64,000 nt of DNA from Candidatus Spongiisociaceae bacterium (GTDB taxonomy: Bacteria; Actinomycetota; Acidimicrobiia; Spongiisociales; Spongiisociaceae): NCBI GenBank assembly GCA_965243835.1, contig OZ251578.1, forward strand, positions 2,464,303 to 2,528,302. The letters are read 5' to 3'. The notes below the pieces were generated by a model. That model saw only the letters and a program-made list of their open reading frames with translations. It had not been told where the DNA came from and made no database searches. Position numbers and translations under genes: made by a program. Shown in pieces: positions 23,813-33,072 of the stretch (the first letter of the stretch is position 1; each line of letters opens with the position of its first letter).

Positions 23813-24288
23813 CAATCCCCGTCGAGTCCGCTAGCGGTTCGGCATAGCGGAATTGAGTTATCCGGGTGTGAATTTTGGTCGAAATTGATGAAAGTCGACT
23901 CGTCAATTTGTCAAAAATTTTTAAATAATGATAAATATAATTATTAGTAGTATTTATAATGCCGTATTAGCCTATGATTTTATAACTAAGACAGGGAACT
24001 TAACTATTGTAAAGCAACGATGCTACCCAAAATGCCCTTAATGTTTTAGGCCGCTGACCAGGGTATTTTTAGATCGCCTTTTCATAAACTATTATAAACT
24101 AGCAAGTTTCGTGCTCGGTCACGGGTTAAGTAGAAGGGCAATTGCAACTAGTGTCGTCGTCGAACCAAAGAAAGGAGAAGCCACAATAGATAATTCAACT
24201 ATTAGATAGACGGTGCGACGAGAAACCCGCCCAAACCATAACGACTAGCGAGCCAGCCAGTAATCGACATCAAATAGGAAGGAACAGA

Positions 24289-24567
24289 ATGCACAAAGTA
24301 TTTCGCATCAAATTCGACTCCGGCCTCAAATGGTTTGGCCATACCAGCGGCAGTATCGGCAAAGCCGCCGCGTCGATAGCCGCCGAGAGGGGCTTCTACG
24401 GCCCCTACAAAGTGGAGCAGGTGAACGAATTCAACACTGCGGACAAGGCCGCCGCGGAGGTAAAGCGCACGTTACGACAAATAAGGATTCATAAGGAGCG
24501 TAATATCGAATATCGTCTCCTCGTTTGGGAAAAGCCCCCTCACTCCATACGCGCTTGGCGCGGCTAA
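24289..24567 (+). CDS. Hypothetical small protein at the edge of an AT-rich non-coding stretch
   Basis: 92 aa ORF with a strong RBS AGGAAGGAACAGAATG. Preceded by about 480 bp of very AT-rich sequence with no ORF. Confidence 0.4.
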   Translation: MHKVFRIKFDSGLKWFGHTSGSIGKAAASIAAERGFYGPYKVEQVNEFNTADKAAAEVKRTLRQIRIHKERNIEYRLLVWEKPPHSIRAWRG

Positions 24568-24691
24568 TCAACCGTAACGGAAGGTCGCCCGCCCTTCGGT
24601 TCGGTGCGTCTACCAAGGCAACTCACCCAACGCTACGGTCGCCTGGGCCGGAATTTGAATTGTGACGGGCGGGGCGGGGCGGGGGGCGCGC

Positions 24692-24697
24692 TATAAT
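24692..24697 (+). promoter_or_regulatory. Sigma70-type -10 box (TATAAT) for the thi operon leader
   Basis: The sequence cgcgcTATAATgggggg lies immediately upstream of the riboswitch aptamer. Confidence 0.5.
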
Positions 24698-24704
24698 GGG
24701 GGGT

Positions 24705-24800
24705 AGCGAACACGGGAGCTCCGGTATGGGGCTGAGAGGGAGTTTCGGCTCCGACCGTTGGCACCTGATCCGGGTAATGCCGGCGCAGGGAGACGCCCCC
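24705..24800 (+). ncRNA. TPP (thiamine pyrophosphate) riboswitch / THI element
   Basis: Conserved motifs GGGGCUGAGAGG and ACCUGAUCCGGGUAAUGCCGGCGCAGGGA lie 50-140 nt upstream of the thiamine-binding protein start codon. Confidence 0.85.
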
Positions 24801-24848
24801 TCTCCTCTCCACCGCCTCCCGGAAGACAAGGGACATAGGAGAGAACCA

Positions 24849-25901
24849 ATGCGCAAAATCGTTCCCCCCGCCTTGGGGCTGATGTTGCTTATCGCCGCCT
24901 GCGGCGGGGCGGGGTCCGGCCCGGACGAAGGACCGCAGACCGTCCGGCTCATCACCCACGACTCGTTCTCGGTCAGCGACTCGGTCTGGGAGCGGTTTAC
25001 GGAGGAAACCGGCCACACCGTGCGACTGCTGGCCTCCGCCGACGCCGGTTCCATGGTCACGCAGGCCATCCTCAGCAAGGACAACCCGTTCGGCGATGTG
25101 ATATTCGGGGTGGACAACACGTTCCTGGGCCGGGCCCTGGAAGAAGACCTGTTGGAGGAATACGTCTCCCCCTACCTGGTCAACGTGCCGGACTCCCTGA
25201 AACTGGACACCCGGGCCACCCCCATCGACTTCGGGGATGTGTGCCTCAACTACGACAAGGCCGGCTTGGCCGCCCGGGGTTTGTTCCCACCGCGGACCCT
25301 GCGCGACCTGACCCGCCCCGAATACCGGGGCCTGCTGACCGTGCAACATCCGGGGACTTCCTCCCCCGGCTTGGCCTTCCTGCTCTCCACCGTGGCCGCT
25401 TTCGGGGAGGACGGCCCCTACACCTGGCGGGATTTCTGGGCGGAGTTGGCGGACAACGACCTGCGGGTGACCTCCGGCTGGGAGCAGGCCTACTACGAAT
25501 CCTTCTCGGGCGGGTCGGGGGCGGGCGACCGGCCGCTGGTCGTCTCCTACGCCTCCTCGCCCCCCGCCGAAGTCATCTTCGCCGACCCCCGCCCGGAAAC
25601 GGCCCCCACCGGAGTGGTAGAAGCGGGTTGCTTCCGTCAGATCGAGTTCGCCGGGGTCGTCAAAGGCACCCCGGTTCCCAACGCCGCCCGCGCCCTGGTC
25701 GACTTCATGCTCGGCCTGACTTTCCAGGAGGACATCCCGCGCAACATGTTCGTGTTCCCCGCCCATGAGGGGGCGGCCCTCCCCCCGGAGTTCGTCGAGC
25801 ACACCGTCATCCCCGCCGACCCGGCCCGGCTGGACCCGGAAAGTATCGACGCCAACCGCTCCCGGTGGATTGAAGAATGGACCGAGACGGTAACCGGCTG
25901 A
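24849..25901 (+). CDS. thiB: Thiamine ABC transporter substrate-binding lipoprotein (ThiB/TbpA family)
   Basis: Start MRKIVPP with RBS AGGAG. Signal peptide plus lipobox LLIAAC. Periplasmic-binding fold, with riboswitch context. Confidence 0.75.
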   Translation: MRKIVPPALGLMLLIAACGGAGSGPDEGPQTVRLITHDSFSVSDSVWERFTEETGHTVRLLASADAGSMVTQAILSKDNPFGDVIFGVDNTFLGRALEEDLLEEYVSPYLVNVPDSLKLDTRATPIDFGDVCLNYDKAGLAARGLFPPRTLRDLTRPEYRGLLTVQHPGTSSPGLAFLLSTVAAFGEDGPYTWRDFWAELADNDLRVTSGWEQAYYESFSGGSGAGDRPLVVSYASSPPAEVIFADPRPETAPTGVVEAGCFRQIEFAGVVKGTPVPNAARALVDFMLGLTFQEDIPRNMFVFPAHEGAALPPEFVEHTVIPADPARLDPESIDANRSRWIEEWTETVTG

Positions 25902-27511
25902 CCCTGCGCCCCGGGCCGCTCCTAGCGGCCGTCCCGTTGCTGTTCCTCGGGCTTTTTTTCCTGTATCCGCTTATCCGGATCCTCGTCCGCAGCCTCACCC
26001 TGGACGGGGGTCTGGACCTGTCCCCGTTCCTGGAAATCGCGACCAAAGGGTCGTTGCGGCGGACGGCCTGGTTCACCCTGTGGCAGGCGGCGGCCTCCAC
26101 CCTGCTCACCCTGGCTTTCGCCCTGCCCGGGGCCTACGTCATCGCCCGCTACCGTTTCCCGGGCCGCAACCTCCTGCGGGCGGCGGTAACCGTCCCCTTC
26201 GTGCTGCCCACGGTGGTGGCGGGAACCGCCTTCCTGGCCCTGCTCGGTCCGGGCGGGCCGCTGGGGTTCGACCTGCGCGACACGGCCTGGGCCATCCTGG
26301 CCGCCCATGTCTTCTTCAACTACGCGGTGGTGGTGAGAATGGTGGGAACTTTCTGGGAAATGCTGGACCCCCGTTTGGAGGAGGCGGCCCGCGTCTTGGG
26401 GGCGGGCCGCCTGCGGGCTTTCCGCACGGCGACCCTGCCCCTGCTGGCCCCCTCCGTCTACGCCGCCGCCTCCATCATCTTCCTGTTCTCTTTCACTTCC
26501 TTCGGGGTAGTTTTGATCCTGGGCGGATTCGGCTACGCCACCCTGGAAGTGGTCATTTGGCAGGAGGCCGTAATCCAACTGGACCTGGCGGCGGCGGCCG
26601 CTTTGGCCGTCCTGCAACTGGCGGGAGTGGGGGCCGCCCTGGCCGCCTACGGCCGCTTCGCGCGCCGGCGCGCCCGCCGTCTGCGCCTGCTGCCGGGCGG
26701 AACGGCCCGCCCCCCCCGCGGAGCGGCCCAGAAACTGACGGTGGCCGTCGTCCTGGCCTCCATGGCCGCTTACCTGGGGGCCCCCATCGCAGTGTTGATT
26801 TGGCGTTCCCTGCGCACCGGGGGCGGCGGCTGGGGCTGGGACAACTACCGGAACCTGGCCCGGGGGGGGACGAGGTTCGTGGAACCGCTGGCGGCGATGG
26901 GCAACTCCCTGTGGTTCGCCGCCGTAGCCGCCGCGGGGGCCCTGCTGATCGGGTTGACGGCGTCGGTGGTCATCGCCCGCTTCCCGGGACGGCTCGGCCC
27001 CCGGCTGGACTCCCTGCTCATGCTCCCCCTGGGGGCGTCGGCGGTCACCATCGGCTTCGGTTTCCTGGTGGCCTTCGACCGGCCCGTCGACTTGCGCGCC
27101 TCCGCCTGGCTGATTCCCCTGGCCCATACGGTGGTGGCGGTCCCGTTCGTGATCCGGTCGGTGGTTCCCCCCCTGCGGGCGGTGCGGGCCGACCTGTGGG
27201 AGGCGGCGGCCACGCTGGGGGCCTCCCCCCGCCGGGTGTTCCGGGAAATCGACCTGCCCGTCATCAGGAAGGCGGCCCTGGTGGGAGCCGGATTTGCGTG
27301 CGCGGTGTCCCTGGGGGAGTTCGGGGCCACCGCCTTCCTGATCCGCCCCGACCGGCCCACCATCCCCACCGCCATTTTCCGCCTGCTGGGCCAGCCGGGG
27401 GCGGCCACCCTGGGGCAGGCCATGGCCCTGAGCGTGGTCCTGATGGTTCTCACCACCGCGGTGATAATGCTGATCGAAAGCCGCCGGACGGGAAATTTGG
27501 GAGACTTCTAG
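25877..27511 (+). CDS. thiP: Thiamine ABC transporter permease (ThiP, fused double permease)
   Basis: 544 aa polytopic membrane protein with two ABC permease domains. Confidence 0.75.
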   Translation: MDRDGNRLTLRPGPLLAAVPLLFLGLFFLYPLIRILVRSLTLDGGLDLSPFLEIATKGSLRRTAWFTLWQAAASTLLTLAFALPGAYVIARYRFPGRNLLRAAVTVPFVLPTVVAGTAFLALLGPGGPLGFDLRDTAWAILAAHVFFNYAVVVRMVGTFWEMLDPRLEEAARVLGAGRLRAFRTATLPLLAPSVYAAASIIFLFSFTSFGVVLILGGFGYATLEVVIWQEAVIQLDLAAAAALAVLQLAGVGAALAAYGRFARRRARRLRLLPGGTARPPRGAAQKLTVAVVLASMAAYLGAPIAVLIWRSLRTGGGGWGWDNYRNLARGGTRFVEPLAAMGNSLWFAAVAAAGALLIGLTASVVIARFPGRLGPRLDSLLMLPLGASAVTIGFGFLVAFDRPVDLRASAWLIPLAHTVVAVPFVIRSVVPPLRAVRADLWEAAATLGASPRRVFREIDLPVIRKAALVGAGFACAVSLGEFGATAFLIRPDRPTIPTAIFRLLGQPGAATLGQAMALSVVLMVLTTAVIMLIESRRTGNLGDF

Positions 27512-28555
27512 ATGCTGGAAATAGACCGGGTTACCCTCTCCTACGAAGACTCCGGGGCGCCCGCCTTGCGGAGCGTGAGCCTGACCGTGCGCACGGGGGA
27601 GATCGCAGCCCTGCTGGGGCCGTCCGGGTCGGGCAAGACCAGCCTGTTGCGGGTGGTGGCCGGTCTGGAACGCCCGCAGGCGGGGCGGGTGGCGCTGGAC
27701 GGACGGGACTTGACCGGGGTGGCCGTCCACCGGCGCCGCATCGGGATGATGTTCCAGGACTACGCCCTGTTTCCCCACTTGACCGTATTCGAAAATGCGG
27801 CTTTCGGACTGCGGATGGCGGGCCGGGATCGGGAAACCATCAACCGGCGGGTGCGGGAAGTTCTCTCCTGGGTGGAAATGGAAGATTTCGCCGACCGGGA
27901 AGTGGAGGGTCTGTCCGGGGGGGAGCGGCAACGGACGGCCCTGGCCCGGTCGCTGGCCCCGGAACCGTCCCTGCTGCTGCTGGACGAACCGGTGGGGGCC
28001 CTGGACCGGGCCCTGCGCTCCCGGCTGATCCCCGACCTGTCCGCCCTGTTGCGCCGGGTGGGGGTGTCGGCCGTCTACGTGACCCACGATCAGGACGAGG
28101 CCTTCGCCATCGCCGACCGGGTGGCCATCCTGGCCGCGGGCCGCATCCGGCAAACGGACGCCCCCCGCGCATTGTGGACGGCCCCCGCCGACCGGTTCGT
28201 GGCCCGCTTCCTGGGTTTGGACAACTTCATTCGCCTGACGGTGCGGGGCGGGCGGGCGACGGGCGACATCGGAACTTTCCCGGCGCGCCTGCCGGACGGG
28301 GAGCATACGGCGGTGATCCGCCCCGAGGGAATCCGCCTGGACCGGAACGGCCCCGTCGCCGGGACGGTGGAAACGGCCGTTTTCACCGCCGGGCGCACCC
28401 GCCTGGGCCTAGCCTGCGCGGGACATCCCCTAACCTTTGAAACCGCGGAACCGCCGCCGGCCCCCGGAACCAAAGTGCGAATAACGATCGACCCCGCCGC
28501 CCTGCACATCTTGGCCGACGACCGGCCGCTCCCGGACGGAGACGATGGCCGATGA
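27512..28555 (+). CDS. thiQ: ABC transporter ATP-binding protein (ThiQ-like)
   Basis: Walker [10 protein letters not shown], signature LSGGERQR, Walker B LLLDEP. Confidence 0.85.
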   Translation: MLEIDRVTLSYEDSGAPALRSVSLTVRTGEIAALLGPSGSGKTSLLRVVAGLERPQAGRVALDGRDLTGVAVHRRRIGMMFQDYALFPHLTVFENAAFGLRMAGRDRETINRRVREVLSWVEMEDFADREVEGLSGGERQRTALARSLAPEPSLLLLDEPVGALDRALRSRLIPDLSALLRRVGVSAVYVTHDQDEAFAIADRVAILAAGRIRQTDAPRALWTAPADRFVARFLGLDNFIRLTVRGGRATGDIGTFPARLPDGEHTAVIRPEGIRLDRNGPVAGTVETAVFTAGRTRLGLACAGHPLTFETAEPPPAPGTKVRITIDPAALHILADDRPLPDGDDGR

Positions 28556-29370
28556 CCCTCTTTCATCGTTTCCGCCGCCGCCCCGGCCCGCCTGTCCGCG
28601 ACGCCGGACCGCCCCCCTCCCCCAACGGGGCCTCTTCCTTTCATTTCTGGTGGGACATCGCGGAGCCTTTGGCCTGGATCGCGGCGGACCTGGAGGTTTC
28701 CGTCCCGCCCGGGACGGACAGCCTGGCTTTTTTCGCCCTGCAGGCTTCTTTCTGGTCCGCCGACCGTTGCGAGGGGGGAGCCCATGCCGGATTGCAATGG
28801 CATCCCGACTACCCGGGAGGGCGGGCGGTCAACTGGGGCGGATACGACCGGGACGGGGCCCTGCTCCCCGGATCCGATTCGGAGCTGCCGTCGGCCTTGG
28901 GCAACCCCAATACCCGCAATTTCCCCTGGAAGACGGAGCGTCGCTACCGGTTGACCATCGGCCCCCGCCTGGTCCGCCCCGGCCATACCGCCTGGCCGGC
29001 CCGCATTCGAGACTTGGACGCGGAGCGGGAGATAGTCATTCGGGAACTGTTCTGCCCCGGCGACCGCCTGCGGGACCCCGTAGTGTGGGCCGAGCTGTTC
29101 GGCGACTGCGACGCCCCGGGCGCAACCGCCCGCTGGACCCGGCCCCGGGCCGCAACCCTGGACGGCCGGTTGCTCCCGGTGACGGGCGGGAGGGTCTCCT
29201 ATCAGTCCTACGAGGGCGGCGGATGCTCCAACACCGACGTCTCCATCCGGGAGGGAGCGGTGGTGCAGCAATCCAACTGCGACCGCCGCACCCCCCACCA
29301 GGCGTTTCTGGCCTGGGAAGACACCGCCCGGGAAGACACCGCCCGGGAAGACAACGGCCCGGGGGAATAA
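28552..29370 (+). CDS. Hypothetical protein embedded in the thi operon
   Basis: 272 aa ORF translationally coupled on both sides (ATGA with thiQ, TAATG with thiD). Ends with a 15-bp tandem repeat encoding DTAREDTARED. Confidence 0.5.
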   Translation: MTLFHRFRRRPGPPVRDAGPPPSPNGASSFHFWWDIAEPLAWIAADLEVSVPPGTDSLAFFALQASFWSADRCEGGAHAGLQWHPDYPGGRAVNWGGYDRDGALLPGSDSELPSALGNPNTRNFPWKTERRYRLTIGPRLVRPGHTAWPARIRDLDAEREIVIRELFCPGDRLRDPVVWAELFGDCDAPGATARWTRPRAATLDGRLLPVTGGRVSYQSYEGGGCSNTDVSIREGAVVQQSNCDRRTPHQAFLAWEDTAREDTAREDNGPGE

Positions 29371-30170
29371 TGGCCGGCCCCGCCCCTCCTCCGATTGTCC
29401 TGACCATGGGCGGCAGCGACTCGGGGGCGGGGGCGGGCGTCCAGGCCGACCTGAAAACCCTGTCCGCCCACCGTTGCTTCGCGGTGACCGTCGTCACCGC
29501 GGTCACCGCCCAGAACACCCTGGGGGTGGAAGCGGTCCGGCCGGTGGAGGCGGAAATGGTGGAGGCGCAACTGGAGGCCCTGTTGTCCGACCTGCCCCCG
29601 CAAGCGGCGAAAACCGGTTTCCTGGGCCGGGCGGAAATAATAGAAATGGCGGCCGCGGCCGCCCCCCGCCTCCCCCGCCTGGTGGCGGACCCGGTTTTGG
29701 CGGACCGCGCCGGACGGCCCATCGCGGAGCAATCGGCGGCGGAGGCCTATCTGAAACATCTGATGCCGGCGGCCGTCCTGTCCACCCCCAATCACCGGGA
29801 GGCGGCCCTGCTGACCGGCCGGCCGGTGACCGACCTGGAGGAGCAAAAGCGGGCGGCGCGGGACTTGGCGCAAACGACCGGGGTTCCGGTACTGGTAACC
29901 GGAGGCAAACTGAGGGGCCCCCGGCCGGTGGATGTGCTGTCCGACGGGCAAACGGTGCGGGAAATAGCCGGGCGGTGGGTGCGCAGCCGCAACGTGCACG
30001 GCTCCGGCGACGCCCTGTCCGCCTCCATCGCCGCCCGGCTGGCCGCAGGCGCCGGCCTGGAAGCGGCCGTCGCCGAAGCCAAAGCCTGGGTGAGCCGGGC
30101 CATCGCCGGGGCCGCCCCCTGGCGCCTGGGCGGGGGGGAAGGCCCGCTGGATCCGTTCGGCTGGGGCTGA
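29370..30170 (+). CDS. thiD: Hydroxymethylpyrimidine/phosphomethylpyrimidine kinase ThiD
   Basis: N-terminus LTMGGSDSGAGAGVQADLKT and the PfkB-family C-terminal GSGDALSA. Confidence 0.85.
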   Translation: MAGPAPPPIVLTMGGSDSGAGAGVQADLKTLSAHRCFAVTVVTAVTAQNTLGVEAVRPVEAEMVEAQLEALLSDLPPQAAKTGFLGRAEIIEMAAAAAPRLPRLVADPVLADRAGRPIAEQSAAEAYLKHLMPAAVLSTPNHREAALLTGRPVTDLEEQKRAARDLAQTTGVPVLVTGGKLRGPRPVDVLSDGQTVREIAGRWVRSRNVHGSGDALSASIAARLAAGAGLEAAVAEAKAWVSRAIAGAAPWRLGGGEGPLDPFGWG

Positions 30171-30177
30171 CCGAACC

Positions 30178-31146
30178 TTACGTTCCCGCTCCGGCGCGGG
30201 AGGGACGGACTTCCCGGCCGGGTCGTTCGGGTGCGGCATCCCGGATCTGCGACGGGAAACCGGGGGCGCGCAAGTCGGTGGCGCACTCCTCCTCCAGCAG
30301 GCGCACTATCCCCGGGGACCAGGCGCGGGGGCCGTAACGTTCCATCCCCCGGCGGAAAATGTCCAAAGCCAACGGCGCCACCTCGGCGGGAACGCCATGT
30401 TCCTCCGCCAAGGCGCAGAACAGGGACATGTCCTTCACCACCAGGTCCATGGTGAAATTGATGTCGTAGCTGCCGTTCAAAATCACCTGCGACTCGGTTT
30501 CGTGCACAAAGGAGTTGCCGGAACTGATGCGGATCGCCTCGTAGGCGATGTTCAAGTCCGCTCCGGCCCGCTTGGCGGCCATCAACGCCTCCCCCAGGGC
30601 CACCAGATGCACCGACGCCAAATAGTTGGTAACCACCTTCAGGACCGACGCCGAACCCAGCTCCCCCACATGCAGGATGTTGCGTCCCATAGCCGACAAG
30701 GCCGGGAAGGCCCGCTCAAAATCGGGGCGGTTGCCGCCCACGAAAATGGAAATGTTGCCGGTGGCGGCCCGGTGGCAGCCTCCCGACACCGGCCCGTCCA
30801 GGGGGCGTCCCCCCGCCACCCGCACCGCCTGCCCCAAACGGCGCACTTCCCCGGCGTCGGTGGTGCTCATCTCCAGCCAAATCCGGCCTTCCCCCAGAGC
30901 GGCCGCCGCCCCCTGCGGCCCCTCCATCACTTCCCGGACCGCCGCCGGAGAGGGCAGGCAGGTGATGACCAGTTCGCTGCGTTCCGCCAGGTCCCCGGGG
31001 CTGTCCGACCATTCCGCCCCCGCCGCCAGAAGCGGGCGGGCCGCCTCCTGATCCAGGTCCCGCACCACCAGGGAATGGCCGTTGCGCAACAGGCTGGCCG
31101 ACAACTTTCCGCCCACGTTCCCCAAACCGATGAAACCGACCCGCAT
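30178..31146 (-). CDS. NAD(P)-dependent oxidoreductase, 3-hydroxyisobutyrate dehydrogenase family
   Basis: GFIGLGNVG Rossmann motif and the 6PGDH-like NAD-binding fold. Confidence 0.75.
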   Translation of the reverse strand: MRVGFIGLGNVGGKLSASLLRNGHSLVVRDLDQEAARPLLAAGAEWSDSPGDLAERSELVITCLPSPAAVREVMEGPQGAAAALGEGRIWLEMSTTDAGEVRRLGQAVRVAGGRPLDGPVSGGCHRAATGNISIFVGGNRPDFERAFPALSAMGRNILHVGELGSASVLKVVTNYLASVHLVALGEALMAAKRAGADLNIAYEAIRISSGNSFVHETESQVILNGSYDINFTMDLVVKDMSLFCALAEEHGVPAEVAPLALDIFRRGMERYGPRAWSPGIVRLLEEECATDLRAPGFPSQIRDAAPERPGREVRPSRAGAGT

Positions 31147-31194
31147 CGTCTCTCCCTCCCTGATTGGCCTAACCCGGAGTTTTCCCTCCCGCCC

Positions 31195-31845
31195 TCACAG
31201 GATTCCGTGGCGGGCGAATACTTCCCCGATGTCGTCCCCCCGCAAAATCTCGTCCCGCACCCGGCTCTCCCCCGCGTCCTTGGCCTCCGCCGCCTCCACG
31301 GTCGCCGCAACCAAATCCCGGGGGATGACCACCGCCCCCATCACGTCGCCCACTATCCAGTCCCCCGGGTTGACCAGGGCCGCCCCGCACCGCACCGGTC
31401 GGCCATGCTCCACCACCTCTTGGCGGCCGGAGGAGTCCAAGGGGGAAAACCCCCGGGAGAAAACCGGAAAGCCCATCTCCAGGATTTGCTCCACATCCCG
31501 GACGGCCCCGTCCATCACCGCCCCCGTCGCCCCCCGCACCCGGGCCGCGGCCGACAGCAACTCCCCCCACATGGCCGATATCCGATCCCCGCACCGCATC
31601 ACCACCACCGCCCCCGGCGTAATGTCCCGGAACGCGGCCAGCAGATGGGAATAGGGGTCGGCGGCGGGCCGCTCCATCGGCTCGCACCGCATGGTGAACG
31701 CCGGACCGGCCACCCGCTGGCCGCTTTCCATGGGGCGGATATCCACTCCCAGAGCCGAATCCCGAAACCCCAGCCCGTCCAACACATCGCACAGCAACGC
31801 GGTGTGCAATCGTCCCAACCGCCCCGCCCAGTCCTCCCCGCTCAT
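31195..31845 (-). CDS. RraA-family protein (RNase E regulator / 4-hydroxy-4-methyl-2-oxoglutarate aldolase-like)
   Basis: 216 aa ORF with RraA/MenG-like conserved blocks. Confidence 0.65.
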   Translation of the reverse strand: MSGEDWAGRLGRLHTALLCDVLDGLGFRDSALGVDIRPMESGQRVAGPAFTMRCEPMERPAADPYSHLLAAFRDITPGAVVVMRCGDRISAMWGELLSAAARVRGATGAVMDGAVRDVEQILEMGFPVFSRGFSPLDSSGRQEVVEHGRPVRCGAALVNPGDWIVGDVMGAVVIPRDLVAATVEAAEAKDAGESRVRDEILRGDDIGEVFARHGIL

Positions 31846-31948
31846 CCGAAACCTCCTCCTTCGCCGAATCCGGCCCGCGTTGCCCTGGCGGACAATAACA
31901 CATTAGCAAGTTCTCACCCGGTCGGCATTACGCAGTATAATATTATTT

Positions 31949-32767
31949 ATGACAATTCAAAACGGGTTATCATCTCCCAACTTGGTCAATGCCCCGGCTG
32001 GCCGCGGCGGGTGGCCCGGCCCGTCGGAAGCGCCCGATGTCTGGCGGGAAATCCTAATCGAGGAAACGCATCACTCCACCGCTTTGGAAGGCAACTCCCT
32101 GTCCCCCGCGCAAGTCGCGCAACTGCTCGCCGGCCGCGCCGCCGCGGAAGGCGAACCGCCGGGCGACTGTAGGGAAGTCGCCGGTTACGCCCGGGCCGCC
32201 CAATGGGTGCACGCCCAAATCGCCGGCGCGCGCCGGGATGAACCAATCGGCCCGCTCTTGTCCCTGTATGAGGTCCGAACCATCCATCACTGGGTTCTGG
32301 AACCGGTTTGGGCGGTCGCCCCCCATTACGCCGCCACCGATCAGGAACGACCCGGCTCCTATCGCCAACACGAAATCCGGCATTTTCCCGGCGGGATGAA
32401 ACCCGTCACCTGGCCGCTGATACCGGCCGAAATGGACGCCTGGATCGCGAATGTCAACCGCCTGCCGGCAAACCCCGCGGCCCTGCTGGAGCAACTGGCG
32501 GCGGCGCATTGCCGTTTTGAGCAGATCCATCCTTTCCTGGACGGCAACGGACGCACCGGACGACTCCTGCTCAACCTGGTTCTGGTGCGGCTCGGTTACC
32601 CGCCGACCGTCATTCGGGTAGAGGAGCGCGAGCAATACCTCCGGGCTCTCCAAAACGCCGACCGCGGCCGACCGGAACTGCTGGTCCGGCTTATCAACCG
32701 GGGGTTGCTCGCCAACCAAACCCGCTTGCTGACGCCGGCGGATTCCCGAAAGAGTTTTGTGCAATAA
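31949..32767 (+). CDS. Fic family protein (second copy in the window)
   Basis: Motif [12 protein letters not shown]. 272 aa. Confidence 0.8.
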   Translation: MTIQNGLSSPNLVNAPAGRGGWPGPSEAPDVWREILIEETHHSTALEGNSLSPAQVAQLLAGRAAAEGEPPGDCREVAGYARAAQWVHAQIAGARRDEPIGPLLSLYEVRTIHHWVLEPVWAVAPHYAATDQERPGSYRQHEIRHFPGGMKPVTWPLIPAEMDAWIANVNRLPANPAALLEQLAAAHCRFEQIHPFLDGNGRTGRLLLNLVLVRLGYPPTVIRVEEREQYLRALQNADRGRPELLVRLINRGLLANQTRLLTPADSRKSFVQ

Positions 32768-33072
32768 AATTCCCCAAACTAAACAAAAACAGGACACACC
32801 CCGCCAGCCCCCCCGGACCAGGGCCCGACCGAGGGTCAAGCGACGGAACCGCCCGCCGCCCAAAAAAATGGCGAAACCGGGCAACCAACCGGGACTTCCT
32901 CGAACGCGACCGCCCAAGCGCCGAGAAATGCCAAGCAAACCGATACTGCCGAAAACCGGAAACCCGGGGACGACCAAAAACGCCCGAAAGAGTTTTGTGC
33001 AATAAAATTCGCCAAACTAAACAAATCCCGCATAACCCCGCCAGCCCCGCCGGACCGGGGCCGGGTCGGGGG
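32744..33072. repeat. Degenerate tandem segmental duplication of the Fic 3' end / SDR 3' end junction
   Basis: A 44-bp near-perfect direct repeat (cccgaaagagttttgtgcaataaaattcNccaaactaaacaaa) at 32744 and 32979. It extends about 100 bp at lower identity and includes a decayed copy of the SDR gene 3' end. Confidence 0.7.

Noticed and set aside
25922-28306. Very long antisense ORFs (for example 25922..28306 minus, 16414..18075 plus, 10837..12018 plus, 48326..50983 minus, 2130..2945 plus, 3946..4791 plus)
   Set aside because: They overlap well-supported genes on the opposite strand or in an alternative frame. They have Arg/Pro/Gly-rich low-complexity translations typical of stop-codon depletion in high-GC DNA, and no domain signatures.
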